Below are positions 1 to 8,830 of a stretch of DNA of 64,000 nucleotides, one piece after another; position 1 is the stretch's first letter, and every line of letters starts with the position of its first letter. The stretch spans positions 8,165 to 72,164 of the IMG/VR virus record IMGVR_UViG_3300028805_000076, one strand, 5' to 3'. The notes below the pieces were generated by a model. It saw nothing but the letters and a program-made list of their open reading frames with translations. It searched no databases and was not told the DNA's origin. The translations under genes and the position numbers were made by a program. Source of the DNA: a virus. Lineage: Duplodnaviria; Heunggongvirae; Uroviricota; Caudoviricetes.

Positions 1-27
1 GGGTATGCTTGTGCAAATTCTGATGAA

Positions 28-240
28 GTGGATGACATAATCGCTTGGCTTGAAAAACAAGGTGAACACAATGCCCAGATAGTAAAAAGAGCTACGACTG
101 AAAAACAAAGAGTCCTTCTTACTGAAACAAATGGTGATGCAAATATAGATTGGGACACTCGTAGCCTTCAAGATGTAAAATTTATGTTGAAGTATGGCTT
201 AGATTACATCAAGAAATTGGAAAAACAAGGATATAACTAA
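28..240 (+). CDS. hypothetical protein
   Basis: ATG-to-stop ORF (70 aa) heading the plus-strand block; no recognisable motif. Confidence 0.4.
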   Translation: MDDIIAWLEKQGEHNAQIVKRATTEKQRVLLTETNGDANIDWDTRSLQDVKFMLKYGLDYIKKLEKQGYN

Positions 241-246
241 ACGACT

Positions 247-504
247 ATGAAAAAAGAAATAACAGTCTGTGACGTATGTGGAAGTAACAAGAATGTAACT
301 TCCCTACAAATGCCAGTGCTGCGTGCATATGATGCTACCGAAGGAAGAATTTCTTTCCGACCAATGACATTGGTTATGAGGCCAATCGACCTTTGTGAAG
401 ATTGCTTGCGCAAGAGTACAAATATCATCGACCTAACCATTATGGGATATGGTGAAGTAAAGATTGTCGAGAACAAAGAACTAACAATTACTAATAGCTT
501 ATAA
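247..504 (+). CDS. small zinc-ribbon protein (two CxxC pairs)
   Basis: CDVCG ... CEDC motifs in an 85-aa ORF; tightly packed after the previous gene. Confidence 0.45.
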   Translation: MKKEITVCDVCGSNKNVTSLQMPVLRAYDATEGRISFRPMTLVMRPIDLCEDCLRKSTNIIDLTIMGYGEVKIVENKELTITNSL

Positions 505-507
505 AAC

Positions 508-1071
508 ATGATTAAAGAAGACTATGTAAGTTTTGAAGTGGCCAAGCGGCTTAAAGAGAAAGGGTTTAACGAGCCTTGTAATGGAAGATATTCATATAGA
601 GGAGGAAATGTTATTATAGAAAACTATCCAATTTCTAATGAGTCATTAAAATATCATCCAAATATAGACGGTATTTCTGCACCAACTCTTCAAATGGCCA
701 TAAAATGGTTAGAAGTAGAGCATAGATTATTAATATTAAAGGATTACGTTAATGTTTTCAACAGTGGCTTTTGGTATCGGTTATCTGTGATGAAGATAAA
801 AGAGGACGGAAGCATTGATGATGTATTTGAGTCCTATTGTATACACGATAAAGACTATAATAACGGTTGTAACAGAATAATAAAATATTGCTTAAAACAA
901 TTTAATATAACCCAACAAGATATGGCAAAATATATAGAAAAAGCTACATTAGTAGCGGAGCTAGAGAGAAGGCGTAGTATAAATTCAAAAAACAAATTAA
1001 ACCTTGTTGCCGAATTTGAGGATAATTATCTCCTTTCTTTCATTGACGAACTTGAAGAGAAAGAAGTGTAG
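508..1071 (+). CDS. hypothetical protein
   Basis: 187-aa ORF, 4-nt spacing to the upstream gene. Confidence 0.5.
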   Translation: MIKEDYVSFEVAKRLKEKGFNEPCNGRYSYRGGNVIIENYPISNESLKYHPNIDGISAPTLQMAIKWLEVEHRLLILKDYVNVFNSGFWYRLSVMKIKEDGSIDDVFESYCIHDKDYNNGCNRIIKYCLKQFNITQQDMAKYIEKATLVAELERRRSINSKNKLNLVAEFEDNYLLSFIDELEEKEV

Positions 1072-1109
1072 CAGGATTGAAACATACACTATAAAATGAA
1101 TTAAATAAT

Positions 1110-1478
1110 ATGCCAATAATCTATCCTAAAAGAATTCGTAAAAAACTTTATTCTTTAAATCTTGAAAAAGTTAAAGAAAGTCTTGCGAAGAATGGTTATA
1201 AATTTATACGAGACGGTGGTTTTAAAAAAGAAGATAAACCATTTAAGTTTTGTAATTATCTCTTCTATATACACCCAGAAACTAAACTCAACATTAGAGT
1301 TGGCTATGACTATCCTTTGTTTGGAAATAGAAATGCCATTTTTGAAATTTGTTATACCAAAAACGGCAATCAATGGTGGACAGATGTCATACCTAATTTC
1401 TCACAAAATTGTTGGAAAGAAGTCAGTGATTGGTATGAGTTAGTAAATGGAAAATACGTAAGAAAGAAAATCATATGA
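1110..1478 (+). CDS. hypothetical protein
   Basis: 122-aa ORF; ATGA overlap with the next ORF. Confidence 0.5.
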   Translation: MPIIYPKRIRKKLYSLNLEKVKESLAKNGYKFIRDGGFKKEDKPFKFCNYLFYIHPETKLNIRVGYDYPLFGNRNAIFEICYTKNGNQWWTDVIPNFSQNCWKEVSDWYELVNGKYVRKKII

Positions 1479-1699
1479 ATTCTATCCAAAAGATTCAATC
1501 AAACAAAAAATTACACTTACCGATTTATAACACATTTAAGAATATGGACGAAAAAACAACTGTAACAGTAATAAGCGGCGTTGAAGGCTATTCGATTTAC
1601 ATAAACAATTATCGAATAGCAGGAAACAAGCCGTGGGGAGGAGGAAAAGTTGTCTGCGAGTTCAAAGTTGACAAGAAAAACATCCTTGAACGATTATAA
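1475..1699 (+). CDS. hypothetical protein
   Basis: 74-aa ORF coupled to the upstream gene by overlap. Confidence 0.4.
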   Translation: MNSIQKIQSNKKLHLPIYNTFKNMDEKTTVTVISGVEGYSIYINNYRIAGNKPWGGGKVVCEFKVDKKNILERL

Positions 1700-1714
1700 C
1701 CATAAATAGGTAGG

Positions 1715-2161
1715 GTGCAACTTAAAAACAATACGACTATGACATTCGGTAAATACAAAGGCACATCGGTCAAAGAGATATTGACTTTCGACCTTCAATA
1801 TATCCTTTGGTGCATAGATAACATAGACAACTTAATGCAGCGTCTGGACGATGCTGACAAGCAGATGTTAAAGTATCTCCTCAAACCCCTTGAAGGCATC
1901 AAAAGCAAAAAAGTAGAGGATATTTTGTCTGCACTGGAAGAAAGAGGCATACTCTCGACATATAGTGATTATGTTGATTCAAATGATGACATTATATTCA
2001 GCATTGACACCATCTACGGATTTGCGAGTACCGCAACACGATGTGGCGAAGCGCTATACATCACCGAGTCTAAGATTCGCTTTATAGAGTCGATGATAAG
2101 CAGGTGGGTAAAAAGCATTGCTACAAAAGAAAGATTAAACAAGATATTCCCCCTATACTAA
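1715..2161 (+). CDS. hypothetical protein (DUF3820-like FGKYKG...YILWC motif)
   Basis: N-terminal FGKYKGTSVKEIL...DLQYILWC resembles the DUF3820 signature. Confidence 0.35.
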   Translation: MQLKNNTTMTFGKYKGTSVKEILTFDLQYILWCIDNIDNLMQRLDDADKQMLKYLLKPLEGIKSKKVEDILSALEERGILSTYSDYVDSNDDIIFSIDTIYGFASTATRCGEALYITESKIRFIESMISRWVKSIATKERLNKIFPLY

Positions 2162-2180
2162 TTATAACCCTAAATAATCT

Positions 2181-2444
2181 ATGAAAGAGCTATCAATAGA
2201 ACAAAAAGCAAAAGCTTACGACGAGGCTATTAAGAAAATACAATCCTATGTTGTAGATGAATACGGTTGTACTCGTATAAAAGTTGTTAATGTTTTCCCC
2301 GAACTCAAAGAGTCAGAGGATGAGAGGATAAGGAAAGAACTATTAAATGCTTTTCAAGAATCAGAAGATTCTCTTTATATGGTTCTAACTCCGTTTAGAA
2401 GAGAATCATTTATTGCTTGGCTTGAAAAACAAGTTAAATTATAA
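2181..2444 (+). CDS. hypothetical protein
   Basis: 87-aa ORF. Confidence 0.4.
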   Translation: MKELSIEQKAKAYDEAIKKIQSYVVDEYGCTRIKVVNVFPELKESEDERIRKELLNAFQESEDSLYMVLTPFRRESFIAWLEKQVKL

Positions 2445-2450
2445 AAAATT

Positions 2451-2810
2451 ATGGGATATTATAAAGCAGGTAAATTTTGGAATAATGAAACTCTATGGAA
2501 ATATGTAAAAGATAAGGAAGCTATAGATGTAGACGTGGCACAATTGTCTAATGCAAATTTCAATGGGTGGAATGCACAAACTGTTGCAGATGCAGCAAAG
2601 GAAATAAAAACAATCTTATCAGTGGATTTAAATTATCCGATTATTATTACACAAGACTATCAGATTGTAGATGGATGCCACAGACTTTTAAAAGTAATGA
2701 TAAATAACGGCACAAGCATAAAGGCAGTAATTATTGATATAGATGCAGATGATTTTCCAACACCCGATTATGACGAATGGAAAGCAGTTCAGCAAAAAAA
2801 CAACCAATAA
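2451..2810 (+). CDS. ParB/Srx-like nuclease domain protein (candidate)
   Basis: IVDGCHRL motif (DGxHR) typical of the ParB N-terminal/sulfiredoxin fold. Confidence 0.35.
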   Translation: MGYYKAGKFWNNETLWKYVKDKEAIDVDVAQLSNANFNGWNAQTVADAAKEIKTILSVDLNYPIIITQDYQIVDGCHRLLKVMINNGTSIKAVIIDIDADDFPTPDYDEWKAVQQKNNQ

Positions 2811-2836
2811 AAAAAATATTGGCTGTTTTTTTTTGT
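2801..2836 (+). terminator. intrinsic terminator candidate
   Basis: caaccaat...attggctg stem followed by T9. Confidence 0.4.
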
Positions 2837-2940
2837 TTTTTAACATTTTTTACTTGTATATCATAAAAATATTCACTACCTTTGCACCATCAAAATTAAT
2901 AATAAAAAAAATAATATTAACAACCAAATAAATAACAATT

Positions 2941-3834
2941 ATGGTATTTACAATTATTAAAGCTATTGCAATCGTATTTGGATTAGTGTGGTTTTATTTA
3001 TGTTTTGGCGGTAATGATAACAATCATGTAAATTGTGATGGTATCAAATTTTACAAATTACAAGATGTTAAAATGCAAAGTCCAATTGCACAAAAGATTT
3101 TCGATTTTTACAAATCAATGTTGTTGGATAAAAAACTGATTTTAGCAGAGGTGTTTTGTGATATTGATTTGCGTAGAGAATGGAATAAAATACGTAATGA
3201 TGAAAATTTGGTAAGTGGTCAAGATGCCAATATTATTGATGCATTAGATACATCTTTTTGTCATTATTTACAAGAAATAGCACCATCAAACATTATTTTA
3301 AATCCAGAAGAAAAATGTTATTTTAATTCTCAATTATGTGTAGTTAATACTGTACAAAAAATTGGAAGGAATGTAACGTATGGTGGAATTAGATTTAATG
3401 AGAATGGTGTAAGAAGTGGTAATTGTACTATATATTCAAATGACGTTAGCGGTTTTAAAGTATTTGATTTTGGTACTGTTGTAGTTACCAATCAACGAAT
3501 TATCTTTAAAGGGGAAAACAAAAACAAAGTAATCCCAATTGGTACAATTCTTAGCGTTGACAATTATGAAGATAATGGGGTAATCATTTCAATGAGTAAT
3601 CGAGAAAATCCAATTATCATTCGATTTAGAGCTGATAAGTGTTTTTATCATCGTCCACAAAGCGAGTACTATTGTTTCTATAATGACTTAAATTGGTTTA
3701 ATAAAGCAATCGATAAAGCATTGTATAAACGTTTAATGCCAAAGGAAGTCCAAGATATTAGAAAAGAAGCGGACGAGTTAAATTTTTTGGTAGCTAAAAA
3801 AACAATGGTTGCCGAAGGATTAGAAACAGAATAG
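2941..3834 (+). CDS. membrane-anchored hypothetical protein
   Basis: N-terminal hydrophobic helix MVFTIIKAIAIVFGLVWFYLCFG; 297 aa. Confidence 0.5.
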   Translation: MVFTIIKAIAIVFGLVWFYLCFGGNDNNHVNCDGIKFYKLQDVKMQSPIAQKIFDFYKSMLLDKKLILAEVFCDIDLRREWNKIRNDENLVSGQDANIIDALDTSFCHYLQEIAPSNIILNPEEKCYFNSQLCVVNTVQKIGRNVTYGGIRFNENGVRSGNCTIYSNDVSGFKVFDFGTVVVTNQRIIFKGENKNKVIPIGTILSVDNYEDNGVIISMSNRENPIIIRFRADKCFYHRPQSEYYCFYNDLNWFNKAIDKALYKRLMPKEVQDIRKEADELNFLVAKKTMVAEGLETE

Positions 3835-3857
3835 TAAATTGCAAGGATATACAATTT

Positions 3858-3905
3858 GGCACCAGTTGGATAAAAAAAATCTGACTAGTGCCTATTTTTT
3901 ATTTT
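3858..3905 (+). terminator. intrinsic terminator (ggcaccagt...actagtgcc + T-run)
   Basis: stem-loop plus T6/T4; a near-identical element recurs at 48250-48297. Confidence 0.5.
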
Positions 3906-3968
3906 ACTTAAAATAGTTACTTTTTTTCTTGTTTTTCCGTCATTTTTTTTATATATTTGTAAAAAAAG

Positions 3969-5669
3969 ATGATGGATAAAAAGCATAGGAAACCTAATGG
4001 GTATTGGAATAATTATGAGCATTGTTATGAAGAAGCACAAAAATACAAAACTAGAGGTGAATTTTCAAAAGGATGTGTTGGTGCATATTATTGGTCAAGA
4101 CTTAATGGCTGGATAGATTCTTTTGATTGGCTAGTGAATAATCAAATATTCGGCAATAACCAAGTAGATTGTGTTTATGCTTATGAATTTAATGACCAAA
4201 ATGCTGTGTATGTTGGTAGAACTTTAATGAGAAGAGTGAATAAGAGGGATTATGAACATAGACACAGAGAATATATAGACAAAAATGGTCATACTCACAC
4301 AAATTATGATGGTGTTTATAATTTTTCGTGTGATAACAAATGTGAAATTCCACCTATTAAGATTTTAAAAAATGATTTAACTCTTGAAGAAGGAAGGTTT
4401 TTTGAAAACGAATATGTTGAATCATACAGAAAAAATGGATGGGCAATTATTAATAAAGGAAAAACTGGAAAAAACAGTGGCTCTATTGGTTCATTAAATA
4501 AGGGAAAATGGAATGAAGAAAAATGTAAAATAATAGCATTAGATTGCAAGTCTTTGTCTGAATTTAAAAGAAAAAATGGTAGTGCATATGAAGCATCACG
4601 TATTAATGGATGGCTTAAAAAATTCGATTGGTTTGAAGATACTAGTCAACTTATTAAAAAAGCACTTCTACAAAAAGATAAAAAGTGGACTGAAGAAGAA
4701 TGTTATAATTTAGCAAAAACTTGTAAAACAAAATCAGAATTTCAAAATAAAAGTAGTAGAGCATATGCTGTTTCACATATTAATGGGTGGATGGAAAAAT
4801 ATACTTGGTTTGTTGATGGTTTCTCTTTAATTGAACCAATAAAATGGACTGAAGAAGAATGCAAAAAAATAGCGGTTAAATGTAAAACAAAATCAGATTT
4901 TAGAAATAAAAACGCTTCTGCATATTATTCAGCACTACATCACGGATGGATAAATAATTATGATTGGTTTATAGATGGAAATATAATTGCTGCTGACAAA
5001 CGAAGAATTTACACAGAAGAAAAATGTTTTGAAATTGCTCAGAATTGTAAAACAAAAGCGGAATTTAAAAAAGAAAATAATACAGCATATAATGTTTCAC
5101 GTATTAATGGTTGGATAAAAAACTATACTTGGTTTAAAAGTGGTATAGGAAAAGATAGAAAATGGTCAGAAAGTAATATTAAATTAGAAGCAACAAAATA
5201 CGTGCATAAACGTGAATTTATGCTTGGCTCAAACGTTGCTTATAGGAAAGCAAAAAAAAATAACATTTTAAAAACTATGTTTAAGATTATGAAATTTAAT
5301 TTTAAAGGTTATTTTGATGTACCTTGTTTCGATTTAGAAATCAATGCTGATATATCTATAAATAGTTATAAATATATACAATTCACACATGAAGAATCTC
5401 AAAAAATTGTGTTTAATTACTACAAAGAAGAAATGCAACAAGGAAATGGAATAAAAGTTAAAAATCTTGGATATGAATTTATTAGACTTACTGGTTTTTA
5501 TGATATATTTCCTAAAAAACCAAGTTGGGAAAAATTTAAAAAAGAATTTTGCCCAATTATTCTTTATACATTTGAAATAAAGGATGATATAATTCTTTTA
5601 ACACCAATTAATGTAAATGAAAATAATAAGATTTTCCAAAATGATAAAAATTTGATTTTGAATTTATGA
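3969..5669 (+). CDS. GIY-YIG nuclease-like protein with six tandem ~48-aa repeats
   Basis: VYAYEF...YVGRT...R...EH fits GIY-YIG; repeated KWTEEEC..CKTKSEF..SAY..S.INGW..Y.WF units. Confidence 0.5.
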   Translation: MMDKKHRKPNGYWNNYEHCYEEAQKYKTRGEFSKGCVGAYYWSRLNGWIDSFDWLVNNQIFGNNQVDCVYAYEFNDQNAVYVGRTLMRRVNKRDYEHRHREYIDKNGHTHTNYDGVYNFSCDNKCEIPPIKILKNDLTLEEGRFFENEYVESYRKNGWAIINKGKTGKNSGSIGSLNKGKWNEEKCKIIALDCKSLSEFKRKNGSAYEASRINGWLKKFDWFEDTSQLIKKALLQKDKKWTEEECYNLAKTCKTKSEFQNKSSRAYAVSHINGWMEKYTWFVDGFSLIEPIKWTEEECKKIAVKCKTKSDFRNKNASAYYSALHHGWINNYDWFIDGNIIAADKRRIYTEEKCFEIAQNCKTKAEFKKENNTAYNVSRINGWIKNYTWFKSGIGKDRKWSESNIKLEATKYVHKREFMLGSNVAYRKAKKNNILKTMFKIMKFNFKGYFDVPCFDLEINADISINSYKYIQFTHEESQKIVFNYYKEEMQQGNGIKVKNLGYEFIRLTGFYDIFPKKPSWEKFKKEFCPIILYTFEIKDDIILLTPINVNENNKIFQNDKNLILNL

Positions 5670-5818
5670 ATAAAAAATGGACTAAAGAAACTTGCTATGA
5701 AGAAGCCAATAAATATAAAAAAAGAGGTGATTTTGCCAAATATTGCGGTTGTGCATATAAGGTAGCAAGGAGAAACAAATGGCTTGATGAATTCTATCCA
5801 AAAAAATACACAAAATAA
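5666..5818 (+). CDS. stand-alone copy of the 48-aa repeat unit (50 aa)
   Basis: ATG overlaps the TGA of the upstream gene; MNKKWTKETCYEEANKYKKRGDFAKYCGCAYKVARRNKWLDEFY matches the repeat consensus. Confidence 0.35.
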   Translation: MNKKWTKETCYEEANKYKKRGDFAKYCGCAYKVARRNKWLDEFYPKKYTK

Positions 5819-5831
5819 CTAAATACACGTA

Positions 5832-5885
5832 ACACAAGAAACAGTCAATTTTCAGTAAAAAAACTGTTTCTTGTGTATTTTCTGG
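5832..5885 (+). terminator. intrinsic terminator (13-bp stem)
   Basis: acacaagaaacag...ctgtttcttgtgt then a T-rich tail; ends the plus block. Confidence 0.55.
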
Positions 5886-5924
5886 TAATTTTTTGAAATT
5901 TTCAGGAAAAAATTAAAAATTTTG

Positions 5925-5968
5925 AAAAAAATAAAAAAAAATTAGTCAGACCATTAAAATCTGACTAA
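5925..5968 (-). terminator. intrinsic terminator for the minus block
   Basis: ttagtcaga...tctgactaa hairpin with an A-run on plus (U-run on minus). Confidence 0.45.
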
Positions 5969-5978
5969 TTAAAGGGGG

Positions 5979-6353
5979 TTATCTATGTTGTAATATGCTG
6001 ATTTTCAGTGTTTTATTGATATTATCGATATGTTCTTCAGAGAGTGTTGTACCGAGATAGTGTATGAATTGCGCATCGCTATTATACCAGAAGCTCCAAC
6101 CTTCATAAGTATTATCCCAAGATAGAGTAGTGTTAATGAAATCTACTCTATTATTTTCAATCATGTAAGGCAGATAAAATTTGATGACATTTTGAATATT
6201 CATTTCAATTTTTTTATCTTTCTTAAAGAAGTTGTTTACTCTGGATAATACCTTTTTATTTTTTATATTATTGGCGAATTTATCTGACAGACCGTTTTGA
6301 TTAATGTATCTGATAAACAAATCAATAAGTAATTTAGTATAATATTCTTTCAT
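5979..6353 (-). CDS. small paralog-family protein (FRFLKDNxAYDxY ... EGxxFW family), member 1
   Basis: start moved to an internal ATG (6353) to match paralog N-termini; C-terminal W..T.EG..FW motif. Confidence 0.5.
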   Translation of the reverse strand: MKEYYTKLLIDLFIRYINQNGLSDKFANNIKNKKVLSRVNNFFKKDKKIEMNIQNVIKFYLPYMIENNRVDFINTTLSWDNTYEGWSFWYNSDAQFIHYLGTTLSEEHIDNINKTLKISILQHR

Positions 6354-6384
6354 AATTATAATTAAATAAATTGTTATACACATA

Positions 6385-6402
6385 GGTACTTAATTAAGTA
6401 CC
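6385..6402. repeat. 18-bp perfect palindrome GGTACTTAATTAAGTACC (copy 1)
   Basis: exact palindrome in an intergenic spacer between tandem minus genes. Confidence 0.8.
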
Positions 6403-6753
6403 CTATTTTCCATTGAATTGAGTAAAATGGTATTTGTGTGATATTAATCTCCAATTATAATCTAAATCCAACCAAAAACTATGCCCTTCAAATGTAGTTC
6501 CCCAATTAAAGAAAATGCTAATCCAAGCATCTGGATGATATTTATGTAGCAACTTATATTTCATATCAGCTTCTGAATCACAATATGGTCTACTAGAAAG
6601 ATAATTTTGCGGATGACATAATGAATAATTCAAATAAGAGTCATAAGCATTATTATCTTTCAAAAATCTAAAAAAATATTTCAAAAATTTAATTTTTAAA
6701 TTGGATTTAATTTCTAATAATTGTTCTACAGTTAATTTTTTAACGTGTGTCAT
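6403..6753 (-). CDS. small paralog-family protein, member 2
   Basis: FFRFLKDNNAYDSYLNY and FNWGTTFEGHSFW motifs. Confidence 0.5.
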   Translation of the reverse strand: MTHVKKLTVEQLLEIKSNLKIKFLKYFFRFLKDNNAYDSYLNYSLCHPQNYLSSRPYCDSEADMKYKLLHKYHPDAWISIFFNWGTTFEGHSFWLDLDYNWRLISHKYHFTQFNGK

Positions 6754-6785
6754 AATAAGAGAAATAAGTAGTGTAAGTATCTATA

Positions 6786-7106
6786 CTATTTTTTTTTTAT
6801 ATACAAATCATCATCTAATAAATCTTTCCATTTGGAATGTAAAAAGCTCCAATATAAGCTTCCTTCATCAGTTTTTCTCCAAACGAAAGCTTCCATTATC
6901 CAACTATATGGGCTTAATCGATTAAAGAATTGTCTTATTAAAGTAGGATTCACATCGTTTGTTTCTTTTATTTTTTTTAATGTTTTATACAAAGGATGTC
7001 CTGGGCACATAGCTGTATGAGACATATTGAACGTATACTTATCATATGCATTCTCATCCTTCAAGAATCTACAGAATTTTGGTATTATATCACTGTTTGC
7101 TTCCAT
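6786..7106 (-). CDS. small paralog-family protein, member 3
   Basis: CRFLKDENAYDKY and WRKTDEGSLYW motifs. Confidence 0.5.
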   Translation of the reverse strand: MEANSDIIPKFCRFLKDENAYDKYTFNMSHTAMCPGHPLYKTLKKIKETNDVNPTLIRQFFNRLSPYSWIMEAFVWRKTDEGSLYWSFLHSKWKDLLDDDLYIKKK

Positions 7107-7130
7107 ATGTTATATATATATAGATATATA

Positions 7131-7148
7131 GGTACTTAATTAAGTACC
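7131..7148. repeat. 18-bp palindrome GGTACTTAATTAAGTACC (copy 2)
   Basis: exact copy. Confidence 0.8.
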
Positions 7149-7155
7149 CCATTTT

Positions 7156-7476
7156 TTATAATACTCCAGCCATAAATTCAAAATTGAATTCATTACCTTT
7201 ATCAATTGACTGAAGAAGCTTTTTCCATTCTATATTAATATCCTTCCAAAAGTAATGGCCTTCTTTTGTTTCTCTCCAAATAAAAGCATAGAATAATAGT
7301 TTTTCTAATCGAGCAGTCTGGTAGATGTATTTATCATAATCCCTTTCGTGTTTTATTGGACTACCATTACAATATATGCCATAATAACAATTGTAAACAA
7401 ATTTATCAAAAGCGTTATGTTGTTTTAACAATCTTTCGAATTTTCCAAGTATTTCTTTACGTCTTTCGTTAGTCAT
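7156..7476 (-). CDS. small paralog-family protein, member 4
   Basis: FERLLKQHNAFDKF and WRETKEGHYFW motifs. Confidence 0.5.
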   Translation of the reverse strand: MTNERRKEILGKFERLLKQHNAFDKFVYNCYYGIYCNGSPIKHERDYDKYIYQTARLEKLLFYAFIWRETKEGHYFWKDINIEWKKLLQSIDKGNEFNFEFMAGVL

Positions 7477-7786
7477 AATTATTAGTTATTTTTTTATATA
7501 AAATTTTCCATTTATAATCAAGTTTTGACCAAAAATCCCAACCTTCTATTGTTTCAGACCACGCAAATGCATCATGAATCAAAAAAGGTAACAAATTATT
7601 TTGTTTCATTCGAATAATGTATAAATCAAAGTTTTTTTCTTTTCTTGCTGGATTACTAGTGCAAAGAACTCCATTATAACAGTAATTTACAAATATGTCA
7701 AAAACTCTCTTTTCCTTTAAAAATCTTTCAAATTTTTTAAGGATATATTTATGTTTGTTTATTGCTCTTGCATATTCTTTATTCAT
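7469..7786 (-). CDS. small paralog-family protein, member 5
   Basis: FERFLKEKRVFDIF and WSETIEGWDFW motifs; 8-nt overlap with member 4. Confidence 0.5.
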   Translation of the reverse strand: MNKEYARAINKHKYILKKFERFLKEKRVFDIFVNYCYNGVLCTSNPARKEKNFDLYIIRMKQNNLLPFLIHDAFAWSETIEGWDFWSKLDYKWKILYKKITNNYD

Positions 7787-7805
7787 ATCTTTGTTGATGT
7801 ATATA

Positions 7806-7823
7806 GGTACTTAATTAAGTACC
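7806..7823. repeat. 18-bp palindrome GGTACTTAATTAAGTACC (copy 3)
   Basis: exact copy. Confidence 0.8.
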
Positions 7824-7988
7824 CTTATATTATTTTTAGCATTTTTTTTGAAAATACAATAAATCAACATAAATATATAAAAAAAAATTGATAACGTCAA
7901 TTATCAAATATTAAAAAATATTAAAAAAAGATGAAGGTCGTTTAAGCCTCCATCTTTAACTGATAGCCAGAAATATAATATCTTTTTG

Positions 7989-8237
7989 TTATTTGAGCTT
8001 GCTTTTAAGATATTCCAACCAACGTTTGTTTACATCAGACCAGAAATCTTTGCCTTGAACTGTTTTCTTGAGGAATAATGGGTAGGTACAGAACTTCTTT
8101 GGGTCTTGAATCATCAATTGGAATTTTGCCTTATCATAGGTCTTCCACTGTGCAAGCATTTCATGCTTAAAAACTGGGTATATCTTTGTACGATATAACC
8201 AGTTAATAAAAAGCTTTACGTATTCGAACTGTGACAT
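7989..8237 (-). CDS. small protein distantly related to the paralog family
   Basis: C-terminal VQGKDFWSDVNKRW resembles the family EGxxFW...W motif. Confidence 0.45.
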   Translation of the reverse strand: MSQFEYVKLFINWLYRTKIYPVFKHEMLAQWKTYDKAKFQLMIQDPKKFCTYPLFLKKTVQGKDFWSDVNKRWLEYLKSKLK

Positions 8238-8241
8238 AAAC

Positions 8242-8484
8242 TTAATAACCGATTACAATACGAGCGTTAATGATTTCGCAAACTGGCATATAATACTTGC
8301 CTTTCACATCAACCAAATCCTTCTGTTTAATATTGGCTTTGTCGAAAGGGAATACATCAGCCAAGACTTTCAACTGATTGTTAATTTTGGTCTGAATATA
8401 GTTTGGGCGATAATCTGATGGGTTGATAATGATAGCTTCTGGTACGAGCTGTTTAACGGTTAAAATTACATCTAATTTTGCCAT
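8242..8484 (-). CDS. hypothetical protein
   Basis: 80-aa ORF, 4-nt spacing to the neighbour. Confidence 0.45.
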   Translation of the reverse strand: MAKLDVILTVKQLVPEAIIINPSDYRPNYIQTKINNQLKVLADVFPFDKANIKQKDLVDVKGKYYMPVCEIINARIVIGY

Positions 8485-8629
8485 AATAGTAAAAAAGTAT
8501 TAAAAGTTGACATTTATGTTTTTTTCGTAATGCAAAATTAATACATTTTTCTGTAAAAAGCAAGTTTTGCAAATTAATTAACCATTTATTAACTGAATAT
8601 ATAAAAAATGTTAACACAATAAAAAAAGT

Positions 8630-8690
8630 TGGTAAAAAATTTGGAGATGCCATAAAAAAGCATTAACTTTGCAGCGAGGGAAATAGATGG
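8630..8690 (+). promoter_or_regulatory. Bacteroides-type promoter with extended conserved motif TAACTTTGCAGCGAGGGAA
   Basis: -7 box TAnnTTTG at 8664-8671 followed by the conserved CAGCGAGGGAA. Confidence 0.45.
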
Positions 8691-8830
8691 TCTTGCTTGG
8701 ATACACAGTTTTATTTGGATGAATTTATGGTGTTATAACCCAATCAAAATAATAGGAATCATTTTGATTTCCCATATATTTTATATATAATAGACATAGT
8801 TATTAACACTTTAATTATTTCTATTATATT

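Noticed and set aside
237-509. minus-strand ORF (90 aa) covering plus gene 247-504
   Set aside because: Lies fully antisense to a better-supported, operon-embedded plus gene; no promoter; typical AT-rich shadow ORF. The same reasoning was applied to 1155-1373, 4316-4549, 12385-12711, 13236-14050, 16790-17353, 18944-19311, 23026-23568, 24928-25410, 25694-26092, 26294-26787, 31858-32331, 38896-39258, 41080-41823, 43767-44238, 46107-46773, 50145-50903, 51380-51637, 53224-53895, 61311-61673, 62985-63185 and 63483-63800.
6385-6402. 18-bp palindromes as intrinsic terminators
   Set aside because: No U-tract follows on either strand; the placement upstream of start codons fits a regulatory or processing role better.
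8453-8653. 66-aa minus ORF
   Set aside because: Overlaps the start of gene 8242-8484 and runs into a promoter region; low-complexity.
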